A stretch of DNA of 32,000 nt from Candidatus Saccharimonadota bacterium (lineage in GTDB: Bacteria; Pseudomonadota; Gammaproteobacteria; Enterobacterales; Enterobacteriaceae): NCBI RefSeq assembly GCF_000973505.1, contig NZ_CP010048.1:390001-422000 (forward strand), in the 5' to 3' direction. Every line of letters starts with the position of its first letter. The stretch's first letter is position 1. The notes below the pieces were generated by a model. That model was given only the letters and a program-made list of their open reading frames with translations, was not told the origin of the DNA and did no database searches. Positions 8,883 through 18,583 of the stretch are shown here, piece after piece. A program made the position numbers and the translations under genes.

Positions 8883-9821
8883 TTAATGTTGAAACATAGC
8901 AGAAATTGATTCCTCGTTACTAATTCTTCGAATAATTTCAGCTAACATACCAGAAAGTGTTAATATTCGAATATTAGATAAAGATTTCATGCACGTGCTT
9001 AATGGAATTGTGTCACAAATTACAATTTCATCAATTACTGAAGTACTAAGGTTTGTATAAGCATTTCCAGAAAAAATTGGATGGGTGGCATAAGCAAATA
9101 CCCTTTTAGCACCCTTTGTTTTTAACACATCAGCAGCTTTACATAACGTTTCACCAGTGTCAATCATGTCATCCACTAATATACAATCACGGTCAGAAAT
9201 ATCTCCAATAATATTTACAATTTCTGCAATGTTAGCACGGGGTCTACGTTTATCAATAATAGCCATGTCAGTATCATAAAGTAATTTTGCAATTGCTCGT
9301 GCACGCACAACACCTCCAATATCTGGAGATACTACAATAGGATTTTCTAATTTTTTTTGTAACATATCTTCTAAAAGAACTAAACTACTAAAAACATTGT
9401 CTACAGGAACATCAAAAAAACCTTGAATCTGTTCAGCATGTAAATCAACAGTTAAAATTCGATCTATACCTACACTTGATAAAAAATTTGCCACTACTCT
9501 AGAGGTAATCGGAACACGAGCAGATCGTACACGGCGATCCTGTCTGGCATAACCAAAATAAGGAATTACTGCTGTGATTCTACCAGCTGATGCACGACGT
9601 AATGCATCAACCATAACTACTAATTCCATTAAATTATCATTTGTAGGAAAACAGGTAGATTGAATAATGAAAATATCTCCTCCTCGTACATTTTCATTGA
9701 TTTGTACACTTACTTCTCCATCATTAAATCTACCAACAGAAGCATTACCAAGTTTTATATATAAACGATTAGCTATTTTATGTGCTAATTCTGGAGTAGC
9801 ATTCCCAGAAAATAATTTCAT
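8883..9821 (-). CDS. prs: Ribose-phosphate pyrophosphokinase (PRPP synthetase)
   Basis: [48 protein letters not shown] and [17 protein letters not shown], plus the PRPP-binding loop [11 protein letters not shown], match Prs. Synteny with pth and lolB is conserved. Confidence 0.95.
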   Translation of the reverse strand: MKLFSGNATPELAHKIANRLYIKLGNASVGRFNDGEVSVQINENVRGGDIFIIQSTCFPTNDNLMELVVMVDALRRASAGRITAVIPYFGYARQDRRVRSARVPITSRVVANFLSSVGIDRILTVDLHAEQIQGFFDVPVDNVFSSLVLLEDMLQKKLENPIVVSPDIGGVVRARAIAKLLYDTDMAIIDKRRPRANIAEIVNIIGDISDRDCILVDDMIDTGETLCKAADVLKTKGAKRVFAYATHPIFSGNAYTNLSTSVIDEIVICDTIPLSTCMKSLSNIRILTLSGMLAEIIRRISNEESISAMFQH

Positions 9822-10159
9822 TAAAATATATCCTAATTTTGTCTAGAACAAAATTGTTCACAATATATAATCTAAACACCACATATATAATATAAGTCAA
9901 AAAATAATACAATTACATGCTATAACTATTAACAATTTTTTTTAAAAAAATATTAATACTGATATTTTAACAATTTATCTAAAAAAAATCTCTATAATGA
10001 AAACAAGAATAAACAAATTTATTTTAATACCATTATTCATGGTAACTATATCGTTATAATTAAAAAATTAAAATAATTTTAAAAAAATAACATTTATCAA
10101 TTAATTTATTGTGAATATATAAAATCAAACTGACTTTTCTGATAATAGATCACAATAAA

Positions 10160-10795
10160 TCACTGTATTTTCCAATTATATATTTTTATATTAAAAAAAT
10201 AATTTTTATCACATAATATTTCTATGACTTTAGGTAACATAGGGCAACTACTATTATAGTAACTTTTGTACAATATTGTAAAATTACCACTATTACATGG
10301 ACAGTAAACTTTTTCTAAACAACACTTTGCGTTCAAAATAAAATCACATTCATTATGACCAGGCAAACCAACTATCCATGCTTTAAAATTTTTAAATGAA
10401 ATCTTCAAATGTAATAATTCTTGAATTATATTTTCGAAATAATCAATAGTACAACAATTTTTTATACTTTTATCATCAACAGGACATACTTTATTTTCTA
10501 ATATGTTAATTTCAATACTTTCTAATCCAATAGGATGGATAAAAATAAATTTGTAATGTTCATCATTAACTTTTTGCCAAACAAACGATAATCGTTTCCA
10601 ATGCGTTTGAAAAATAGCACATGTTATAACACCTCGAATCTGATACCTTTTTACTTTTAATAAAGATTCTCTATGTTTTTGCCATGCGTTAAAATTTTGA
10701 CAATTATTAAAAAAATATTTTTCATATCTGCAAGAATTTACAACAAAATGCATTAATATAAATAAAAAATAAAAAAACACCTTACAATGATACAT
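10160..10795 (-). CDS. lolB: Outer-membrane lipoprotein LolB (lipoprotein localisation receptor), divergent and Cys-rich
   Basis: It has a hydrophobic N-terminus with a lipobox-like VNSC. WQKHRESLLKVKRYQIRG resembles E. coli WRQHQQDVRNLNQYQTRG. FKAWIVGLPG resembles LRQWILGLPG. The C-terminal IKIYNWKIQ resembles LKMDNWIVK. It lies next to prs as in E. coli, but without ispE. Confidence 0.75.
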   Translation of the reverse strand: MYHCKVFFYFLFILMHFVVNSCRYEKYFFNNCQNFNAWQKHRESLLKVKRYQIRGVITCAIFQTHWKRLSFVWQKVNDEHYKFIFIHPIGLESIEINILENKVCPVDDKSIKNCCTIDYFENIIQELLHLKISFKNFKAWIVGLPGHNECDFILNAKCCLEKVYCPCNSGNFTILYKSYYNSSCPMLPKVIEILCDKNYFFNIKIYNWKIQ

Positions 10796-10898
10796 TATTT
10801 AATAATATATATATCGTATTTATTTTTCATATATACTCTGTTTTTTATTAGAAAAAATATATTATGAATTTTTATAAAATAATTTTTTATATTTTACC

Positions 10899-11921
10899 TC
10901 AAGACACACATTGTTCTAACCATTTACTAATTTCTGTTAATTCCGGATATTCTAACCACCGTTTCATCCATTGTTTACAACAAAATCGAATATTTTTTGG
11001 GTTATATGGTACATTAATTAACCGAAATGATAATTCTTCTAATGGGTCAGGATATAAACTATCAGTAAACATACAACTACGAACAATAGTACCATTTTCT
11101 ATATCAAAAAAAAATGACACACCCCCCCAATCAAAACGCGTATTCAACTCATGACTAAAATCAGGGGCAAGTCCAAAATTCCATTTCCAAGAACTTTGCT
11201 TAAGAAATAATTTCAAAAATTCGAAATCATCTGAAAAAATTTTAGGTGAAATAATTTCTGATATTACTTCTTGATCACAAGCATTGAAAAAAGATTCTTT
11301 TAAAGATTGACATAACATTTCATGATTGATATTTGGTTTTATTTGAATTAAATTAACTACCCTAGAACGAATTGAGGTGATCCCTTTTGATTGTAATTTT
11401 TTTTCATCTGGAGTAAGGTAATAAACTAACTTGTTTAGATCAGTATGTAACAATAAAGTTCCATGGTGAAATTTTCCACAATTTGTCCGGCGGTATGCGG
11501 ATCCGCTTATTTTTCGATTTCCATAATTAGTTTTCACTAAAATATCATTTCTTCCACATACAAAAGCATCAATATTTACTCGGTGTAAAGCATCAAGAAC
11601 AATCTTTGTAGAAAAATTATCATCATGATCAAAAAATTTACTTTTACTCGACATAAAAGTAAAACAGGTATTTCCCAAATCATGAAAAACAGCCCCCCCA
11701 CCACTACTTCGCCTAGCTAACCGAACACCATCCCGGTCCATACGCCGAGTATTACATTCTTTCCATGGATTTTGCGCTCTGCCAATAACAACAGTATCAC
11801 AATTACGCCATAAAAATAATATACATTGATATTTTGGCATATTATGAAATATATAATTTTCTGCTGCTAAATTAAACCATGGATCATACGAATCTGAAAA
11901 CAACAATCGAATTGAAGACAT
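10899..11921 (-). CDS. lplA: Lipoate-protein ligase A
   Basis: MSSIRLLFSDSYDPWFNLA.E..IF, LFLWRN.DTVVIGRAQNPWKECNTRRM..DGVRLARRSSGGGAVFHDLGNTCFTFM, KGITS.RSRV.NL and SSW.WNFG.AP.FSH are almost collinear with E. coli LplA. Confidence 0.95.
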   Translation of the reverse strand: MSSIRLLFSDSYDPWFNLAAENYIFHNMPKYQCILFLWRNCDTVVIGRAQNPWKECNTRRMDRDGVRLARRSSGGGAVFHDLGNTCFTFMSSKSKFFDHDDNFSTKIVLDALHRVNIDAFVCGRNDILVKTNYGNRKISGSAYRRTNCGKFHHGTLLLHTDLNKLVYYLTPDEKKLQSKGITSIRSRVVNLIQIKPNINHEMLCQSLKESFFNACDQEVISEIISPKIFSDDFEFLKLFLKQSSWKWNFGLAPDFSHELNTRFDWGGVSFFFDIENGTIVRSCMFTDSLYPDPLEELSFRLINVPYNPKNIRFCCKQWMKRWLEYPELTEISKWLEQCVS

Positions 11922-11982
11922 CTTATTTTACTCCTGTAAAATTAGGAATACAAAAAACTAAATTATATATTTTTTTAGCTAT

Positions 11983-14406
11983 CTATTTATCTCTTAATAA
12001 CACTTGGAAACGATTTTTAAGTACAAAAATACATTCTTGAATAATTAATTTAATCTCTTTTTCTTGCAATGTATGAGCAGTATGATATATATAAAGACTA
12101 ATAGATAAACTTTTAAAGCCATTGGGAATTCCATGCCCTCGATAAATATCGAATAATGTAATATCAATTAATTTATCTTTAATAGTCTTTTTACATTCAA
12201 ATATAATTTCTCCAGCAGAAATATGTTCAGGAACAATGATAGAAATATCACGACGGTTAATTGGGAATTTAGGAATAATAATATTTTTTAATGTCATTTT
12301 ATTTTGAGATATCTTATCCCAAAACAATTCAAAAGCACATGTAGTAGTTTTTAATTTTAATTTTTTAGCTAAAATTGGATGAATAACACCAACAAATCCA
12401 ACATACTCTTCTCGTAAAAAAATTGATGCACTTTGACCAGGATGTAATGGTAAATATACATTTGTTGACTTAAATTCAATATCATTTAATTGCCCCATAA
12501 ACTCCAATAATGCTTCTATATCACCTTTAATATCGTAAAAATCTAACGAACGAGACAAAACATCCCAATGATCGTCAAATCTTTCTCCAGTTATGATACC
12601 AGATAACATAAGATGTTGATGAATTTTATTATCTATATTGGATCTATTAGGTAAAAAACATTGACCACATTCAAATAAACGAATATTTTTTTGTTGTCTA
12701 TTTTGGTTATAAATTAACGTGTTTAAAAGTCCTACTAATAATGATAAACGCATTACAGACATATCATTTGTAAGTGGATTAAATAACTTTATCGGAAGAT
12801 TGTGGGGATACAACAAATTTTGAATATCATGATTAACAAAACTATACGTGATTATTTCTTGATATCCCAAATCCACAAGTAACGTTTTTATTCGAGATAA
12901 TGAAAAGTTATTTTTGATGTGTTTATTTATATGCAACTTAGCGTATACAGAAACTTCTGCTATTTTATCATAACCATGTAATCGAACAATTTCTGCTATT
13001 AAATCTTCTTCAATTTTTATATCAAAACGCCAAGTAGGTACCAAAACTATCCATGAAACATCTTTTTGATAAATTTGTACACTACAACCTAAATGAATCA
13101 AAATATCAACAATTTCATTATTTGAAATAATATAACCAAGTAATCTATTTAATGTACTACGATACAAAATAATAGCATTTTTCTTTGGCAACATATTTTG
13201 ATTAATAACAGATGTTATTGCACCAGATCCTCCACCACACATTCTGAGCAGAAAAAACGTAGCACGCTCTAATGCTAATTCAGAAACTTCTGGATTAATA
13301 CCATTTCGTTCATAATATTGGGAAGAATAAGTAGTTATTCCATATCGTTTTATAGATCGAATAATATGCAACGAATTAAAAAATGCAGATCCTAAAAATA
13401 TATTAGAAATTTTTGAAAAATTTAAAGTATCAAAATTTTTAACAGATATTCCAGCTATTTCTAAAGGACCTGTATGATCAGCAATAATTAAAGTATCTGG
13501 ACTCAGAGCTATTTCATTATCATATGAAATAGCTATGGTTTCTTTCTGAGCAGCGAAACGAACATTAATGCCACCATGAATATCATTTAGATCAAAAATA
13601 TGTATTGGTTGCCCCAATTCTAATAACACATAATTAATAATGTCCATTACTATATTAGAAATCATGACTCCAGAACGTCTTAATTTTTCTTTCATCCACA
13701 ACGGTGTGGAAATAGAGGTATCAATATTTTTTAATATTCTTCCGAAATAACATGGACATGCTTCAGGAACATCAATAGATATTGATACTACATCATCAAT
13801 CGTAGGTATTACATGATCAATTTTAGGATATTGAATAGGTAAGCGATATATCGCTGCGATATCATGCGCAATTCCCATTAAATTCAAACAATCACCACGA
13901 TTGGGTGTGATAGAAATATCGAAAATATTATCATCTAATTGTAAATATGTTCTTAAATCTTGACCAAGTGGTGCATCCATTGGCAGTTCAATTATAGAAT
14001 TATTTATAATAATATCATGATATATGATTCCTAAAGACTTAAACGAACACAGGATCCCTTCCGATAATTCATTCTGTATTTGAATACATTTTACTTGTAA
14101 ATTATTAGGTAAATTTGCGCCCCTAAGAGCAACTGCTACCCGAATATTTTTTTTACATCTTTTCGAATTAGAGATAATTTTAAACACACCTACATGGCCA
14201 GTGTCTATTGTATTAACCAACAAATTACAATTATCAGGATGTACTTTGACATCTATGATGTTACCAATTACTACACCAGTAAAATATAATGAAACAGGTT
14301 CTACTACATTAACTTTTAAACCTGACATAGTAATTTTTTTAGCCAACGTAACACTATCAACGGGTAGGTTAACCCATTCGCGTAACCATAATTCACTAAA
14401 TTTCAC
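11983..14406 (-). CDS. pheT: Phenylalanine--tRNA ligase beta subunit
   Basis: The 807-aa ORF begins MKFSELWLREWVN, as in E. coli PheT. Its length and its position directly downstream of pheS are conserved. Confidence 0.93.
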   Translation of the reverse strand: MKFSELWLREWVNLPVDSVTLAKKITMSGLKVNVVEPVSLYFTGVVIGNIIDVKVHPDNCNLLVNTIDTGHVGVFKIISNSKRCKKNIRVAVALRGANLPNNLQVKCIQIQNELSEGILCSFKSLGIIYHDIIINNSIIELPMDAPLGQDLRTYLQLDDNIFDISITPNRGDCLNLMGIAHDIAAIYRLPIQYPKIDHVIPTIDDVVSISIDVPEACPCYFGRILKNIDTSISTPLWMKEKLRRSGVMISNIVMDIINYVLLELGQPIHIFDLNDIHGGINVRFAAQKETIAISYDNEIALSPDTLIIADHTGPLEIAGISVKNFDTLNFSKISNIFLGSAFFNSLHIIRSIKRYGITTYSSQYYERNGINPEVSELALERATFFLLRMCGGGSGAITSVINQNMLPKKNAIILYRSTLNRLLGYIISNNEIVDILIHLGCSVQIYQKDVSWIVLVPTWRFDIKIEEDLIAEIVRLHGYDKIAEVSVYAKLHINKHIKNNFSLSRIKTLLVDLGYQEIITYSFVNHDIQNLLYPHNLPIKLFNPLTNDMSVMRLSLLVGLLNTLIYNQNRQQKNIRLFECGQCFLPNRSNIDNKIHQHLMLSGIITGERFDDHWDVLSRSLDFYDIKGDIEALLEFMGQLNDIEFKSTNVYLPLHPGQSASIFLREEYVGFVGVIHPILAKKLKLKTTTCAFELFWDKISQNKMTLKNIIIPKFPINRRDISIIVPEHISAGEIIFECKKTIKDKLIDITLFDIYRGHGIPNGFKSLSISLYIYHTAHTLQEKEIKLIIQECIFVLKNRFQVLLRDK

Positions 14407-14421
14407 CCACTAACCTCAACA

Positions 14422-15417
14422 TCATTTAAATTGTTTAAGAAAACGCAAATCATTTTCAAAAAACAAACGCAAATCAGTAATATCATAATATAACATTGCT
14501 AATCGTTCTATTCCGATACCAAAAGCAAAACCAGAAAATATTTTTGGATCAATATTAACATTATTTAAAACATGTGGATGAACCATACCACAACCTAATA
14601 TTTCCAGCCAATCATAATTTTTTAACAATATATCTATTTCAGCTGAAGGTGCTGTAAAAGGGAAATATGAAGGCCTGAAACGTATCTTTATAGAATTTTT
14701 AATACTTGTAAAGAAATCATATAAAAAATTAGACATGATATATTTCAAATTACTAAAACTAATATTTTTATCGACAACTAATCCTTCTATTTGATGAAAC
14801 ATAGGTGTATGATATTTATCATAATCTTTTCGATATACACGTCCTGGCGAAATAACCATAATTGGTGGATCGTTAATTTCTTGCATAACACGAATTTGCA
14901 TACCAGAAGTTTGTGTACGAAGTAAATAAGTTGTATCAATCCAAAAAGTGTCCTGTTCATTACGGGCAGGATGATTATCAGGAATATTCAGTGCATCAAA
15001 ATTATAATAGCTATTTTCAATTTCTGGACCATATACCACAGAGAATCCTATATTTTTAAAAAATAAAATAACACGATTCATTGTATGTGTTATCGGATGT
15101 AATCCAGCAATTGAAGGTTTACGTCCTGGAAGAGAAATGTCTAACACACTATCTACAATTTCTTTATCAATAGACATTAATTGCAAAACGTTTCTTTTCT
15201 GAAAAATCAGTTCTTCTATTTCTTTTTTTGCTTTATTAATAATTTTATATTTTTTAGAACGTAACTCCGGAGGTAAATTGCGTAAAGTTTTTATTTTCTG
15301 TGTAAAATGTCCATTTCTTCCTAAACACTTAACTTTTAAAAATTCTAAAACATCAAGATTTGTTGTTTTGTTAATGGCGATTTTTGTTTGTTCAATAACA
15401 TTTAAAAATTTTAACAT
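14422..15417 (-). CDS. pheS: Phenylalanine--tRNA ligase alpha subunit. The ATG at 15417 is preferred; the track TTG at 15429 would add 4 aa.
   Basis: It carries class II aaRS core motifs (HP...FWID...LLRTQTS, GRVYR.D.D..H.P.FHQ.EG, FGIGIERLAML). Length and order (pheS-pheT) match E. coli. Confidence 0.93.
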   Translation of the reverse strand: MLKFLNVIEQTKIAINKTTNLDVLEFLKVKCLGRNGHFTQKIKTLRNLPPELRSKKYKIINKAKKEIEELIFQKRNVLQLMSIDKEIVDSVLDISLPGRKPSIAGLHPITHTMNRVILFFKNIGFSVVYGPEIENSYYNFDALNIPDNHPARNEQDTFWIDTTYLLRTQTSGMQIRVMQEINDPPIMVISPGRVYRKDYDKYHTPMFHQIEGLVVDKNISFSNLKYIMSNFLYDFFTSIKNSIKIRFRPSYFPFTAPSAEIDILLKNYDWLEILGCGMVHPHVLNNVNIDPKIFSGFAFGIGIERLAMLYYDITDLRLFFENDLRFLKQFK

Positions 15418-15598
15418 AAATTTTCTCAAATATTAACATACAAAAACACATAATTGATTAATTCCACTGTATTGTTACATTATAAATATAAATGCCATGT
15501 ATATTTAATAAATAAATAATTTATGTAATTTATATGAAAAAAATATACATTTCAGTAAACATATTTTAAATTATTAAAAAAATATCTTCATTCCATGA

Positions 15599-15949
15599 TT
15601 AAATAGATCTAATCTTTTTTATTAATAAAGAAAATGTTGTTTGATCAAACATAGCAAGATCAGCAAGTACTTTACGGTTCATCATTATAGATGATTCATG
15701 TAATTTATTTATTAAACTGCTGTATGACATACTATTTTCCCTAGCAGCAGCGTTAATTTTTATAATCCATAATTGCCTGAATTGCCGTTTTTTTTGGCGC
15801 CGATCACGATAAGAATATACTCCAGCTTTAATCATTGCTTGAAATGCCACACGATACGCCCTCGAACGAGCACCATAATAACCCTTCGTTCGTGAAATTA
15901 CTTTTTTATGTCTAGCATGTGCAGCTACACTATTTTTCACACGAACCAT
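15599..15949 (-). CDS. rplT: 50S ribosomal protein L20
   Basis: The ORF is 116 aa, very basic, and begins M.RVK..V.A..RHKK....KGY.G.RSR.YR.A.Q, typical of L20. It lies downstream of rpmI. Confidence 0.95.
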   Translation of the reverse strand: MVRVKNSVAAHARHKKVISRTKGYYGARSRAYRVAFQAMIKAGVYSYRDRRQKKRQFRQLWIIKINAAARENSMSYSSLINKLHESSIMMNRKVLADLAMFDQTTFSLLIKKIRSI

Positions 15950-16044
15950 AATTTTCCTTTTTTATTTGAATATATAATTATTTTTTACACGAAATTATTT
16001 AAATTTTTCATGTATATTTGCCATTAAAAATGGCAACATAATAC

Positions 16045-16242
16045 TTATACATAAGGCAAATATTTTTTAACTGTTGTTAAACAACTTTTAGAAACTAAAG
16101 ATTTTTTCCGTAAATGACGTTTTCGTTTGGTCGATTTTTTAGTTAAAATGTGTTGCAAATAAGAATGTTTATACTTAAATTTCCCCAACGATGTTTTTTT
16201 AAATCGTTTACTGGCACTACGCAACGTTTTCATTTTTAACAT
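16045..16242 (-). CDS. rpmI: 50S ribosomal protein L35 (start at the ATG at 16242, 65 aa)
   Basis: [17 protein letters not shown]...[15 protein letters not shown] aligns with E. coli L35 (MPKIKTVRGAAKRFKKT...[15 protein letters not shown]). The track start at 16254 is a TTG four codons upstream. Confidence 0.93.
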   Translation of the reverse strand: MLKMKTLRSASKRFKKTSLGKFKYKHSYLQHILTKKSTKRKRHLRKKSLVSKSCLTTVKKYLPYV

Positions 16243-16300
16243 AACATTTTCCAAACACAGCCCATATCTTCATCTTTAGATACAATATTTAACATAATAT

Positions 16301-16837
16301 TTATTTTTTTGAACTTAATAACATAACCATTTGCCTACCTTCTAACTTATTGGGGAAAAAATCTACTACTGACCATTCTTGTAGATCGTTACATAAACGA
16401 TGTAAAATTTTCACCCCTAAATCTTGATGTGCTAATTCCCCCCCCCGGAAACGTAAAGTAATTTTAATTTTATCTCCCAATTGCAAAAAACGAATTATAT
16501 TTCGCAATTTAATTTTATAATCACCTTCATCAGTATTTGGACGAAATTTAATTTCTTTAAGATGTATGATTTTTTGTTTCTTTTTTTGTTCTTTTATAGA
16601 TTTATTTTTTTCATATAAAAATTTTCCATAATCCATAATACGGCATACTGGCGGTATGGTATTAGAATTAATTTCCACTAAATCAAGTTCTAGTTCTTGA
16701 GATTTTAAAAGCGCTACATCCAAACTGACGATGCCAATCTGTTTACCGTCTGTGCCAGTCAATCGCACTTTGTTAGCAAAAATTTCTTGATTAATTCGAT
16801 TAGGTCGTATCGACTGATTTCTTCTTCCAGTTTTGAT
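16301..16837 (-). CDS. infC: Translation initiation factor IF-3, probably initiating at a non-canonical AUC at 16837-16835. The first canonical start is the GTG at 16768.
   Basis: [39 protein letters not shown] and IKFRP.TDEGDY..KLR..IRFL are collinear with E. coli IF3. The in-frame sequence upstream of the GTG reads [23 protein letters not shown]. This aligns with E. coli [23 protein letters not shown] and starts right after the thrS TAA TAA and a GGGGGA Shine-Dalgarno. Confidence 0.85.
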   Translation of the reverse strand: MKTGRRNQSIRPNRINQEIFANKVRLTGTDGKQIGIVSLDVALLKSQELELDLVEINSNTIPPVCRIMDYGKFLYEKNKSIKEQKKKQKIIHLKEIKFRPNTDEGDYKIKLRNIIRFLQLGDKIKITLRFRGGELAHQDLGVKILHRLCNDLQEWSVVDFFPNKLEGRQMVMLLSSKK

Positions 16838-16849
16838 ATTTCCCCCTTA

Positions 16850-18058
16850 TTATTGATAAGCGTAACTTTTAATTTCATATATTAATTTATTTATAAAAAC
16901 ATTCACATCATAATTTCCCAAATTTTTTCCTCTAGATGTACGAACAGATACTGTTTTTTCACTAATTTCTTTATCACCACAAATTAATATATAAGGTATA
17001 CGTTTCAATGTATGCTCTCTAATTTTAAAACCTATGGTTTCGTTACGTAAATCCGCTTTCACACGAATATCTAATTTCAACATATCTTTCTTTAACATAA
17101 GAATATATTGTGCATGTTTTTCTGTAATATTTAACAAAACCACTTGTACTGGAGCCAACCAAATAGGATAAAATCCTGCACATTCTTCTGTTAAAATAGC
17201 AATAAAACGTTCTATTGAACCAAGAACAGCCCTGTGAATCATCACTGGTGGAACTCTATTATTATACATATCTACATAAAACGCATCTAAACTATTTGGC
17301 AAAGAAAAATCTAACTGTATTGTACCACATTGCCAGAATCTATTCATGGAATCTAATAAAGTAAATTCAATCTTTGGTCCATAAAACGCCCCTGCATTCA
17401 TTTGATATTTAAATACAATATTATTTTCCTTTAAAATGTTAGCTAAACTACGTTCTGATATATCCCATATGACATCTTCACCAATTCTTTTTTCCGGTCG
17501 GGTAGATAATTGAACAATTATATTTTTAAAACCAAATATATCATAAATATCATACATCATTTTCACACAACAATTAAGTTCATCAAGAATTTGGGATTGC
17601 ATACAAAATATATGCCCATCATCTTGTACAAATCCTCGTGTTCGCATTAATCCATGTAATGCTCCAGAAGGTTCATTACGGTAACAACTTCCAAATTCTG
17701 CTAGCCGTATCGGTAAATCTCGATAGGATTTCACTCCTTGATTAAAAATTTTTACGTGGCCAGGACAATTCATCGGTTTAATACAATATTCATCATTTTC
17801 TGAAGCAATAGTATACATATATTCAGAATAATTATCCCAATGACCAGTTTTTTTCCACAACGTTTGCTTCATCATCCATGGAGTTTTAACTTCCTGATAT
17901 TCGTATATTTTAAATTTTTTTCTTATGAATTTTTCTAACTCACAAAATATTATCCATCCATTAGGGTGCCAACACACCAAACCAGGAGCATTTTCTTCTA
18001 TATGATACAAATCAAGTTGTTTGGCAAGTTTGCGATGATCTACTTTTTTTTTATTCAT
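16850..18058 (-). CDS. thrS: Threonine--tRNA ligase, catalytic plus anticodon-binding core only. The N-terminal TGS and editing domains are absent.
   Basis: The 402-aa ORF aligns from E. coli ThrS residue ~240 (DHRK.GKQLDLYH..E.APG.V.WH..GW) to the C-terminus. The zinc-site contexts [14 protein letters not shown] and VMIHRA are present. E. coli ThrS is 642 aa. The order thrS-infC-rpmI-rplT-pheST is conserved. Confidence 0.9.
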   Translation of the reverse strand: MNKKKVDHRKLAKQLDLYHIEENAPGLVCWHPNGWIIFCELEKFIRKKFKIYEYQEVKTPWMMKQTLWKKTGHWDNYSEYMYTIASENDEYCIKPMNCPGHVKIFNQGVKSYRDLPIRLAEFGSCYRNEPSGALHGLMRTRGFVQDDGHIFCMQSQILDELNCCVKMMYDIYDIFGFKNIIVQLSTRPEKRIGEDVIWDISERSLANILKENNIVFKYQMNAGAFYGPKIEFTLLDSMNRFWQCGTIQLDFSLPNSLDAFYVDMYNNRVPPVMIHRAVLGSIERFIAILTEECAGFYPIWLAPVQVVLLNITEKHAQYILMLKKDMLKLDIRVKADLRNETIGFKIREHTLKRIPYILICGDKEISEKTVSVRTSRGKNLGNYDVNVFINKLIYEIKSYAYQ

Positions 18059-18583
18059 ATCTGTTTTAATATATAATGATATATGAAATCTTTTTTTACG
18101 AACAGGACTATTTTTTTTAAAAAAATAACGTATAATCTTAAAAATATCTTGTAACCAATTTAAATATTTTAATTTTAGATTAATTAAAATGTTTTAACAT
18201 AATTTATTTAATAAAGACCAAAATAATAAGTTAACAGACAACACTAAATAAACTAACAGATAACACCAACTATGATCATTGAGTTATTTAATAATACCAT
18301 AGTAGCATTATAATTATTATTTTTTAAATTCTAACTAATCAAAATTCACCTAAAGCTATATTTTTTAATGATAATAAACAACAACATAAATGTAAATTAA
18401 TATTTGAAAATTATTTATTAATCTTAATCTCTTTAAATACATTTATTAAATTAGTTTACAATGATTATAAAAACAGTAGTATACTATATTTAAAATATCA
18501 TATTTTACCAAAAAATAAACTATTACACTATCATTTAATAATACGTTTCCGAATATTACAAATCTAAATAGTAATCACCTATT

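Noticed and set aside
15530-15562. A Phe-containing mini-ORF (MFTEMYIFFI-stop, minus strand) between rplT and pheS, at the position of the E. coli pheM attenuator leader peptide. A second mini-ORF, MKIFF-stop, lies just after rplT.
   Set aside because: TTT/TTC codons are expected by chance in DNA this AT-rich. I could not find terminator or antiterminator stem-loops between it and pheS. No SD is visible. It is worth a look only if conserved in relatives.
16018-16036. A small hairpin, TTGCCATT-AAA-AATGGCAA, between rpmI and rplT
   Set aside because: It has only 8 bp and lies inside a co-transcribed ribosomal-protein pair. It could be a processing or translational-coupling element, but it is too small to argue for from sequence alone.
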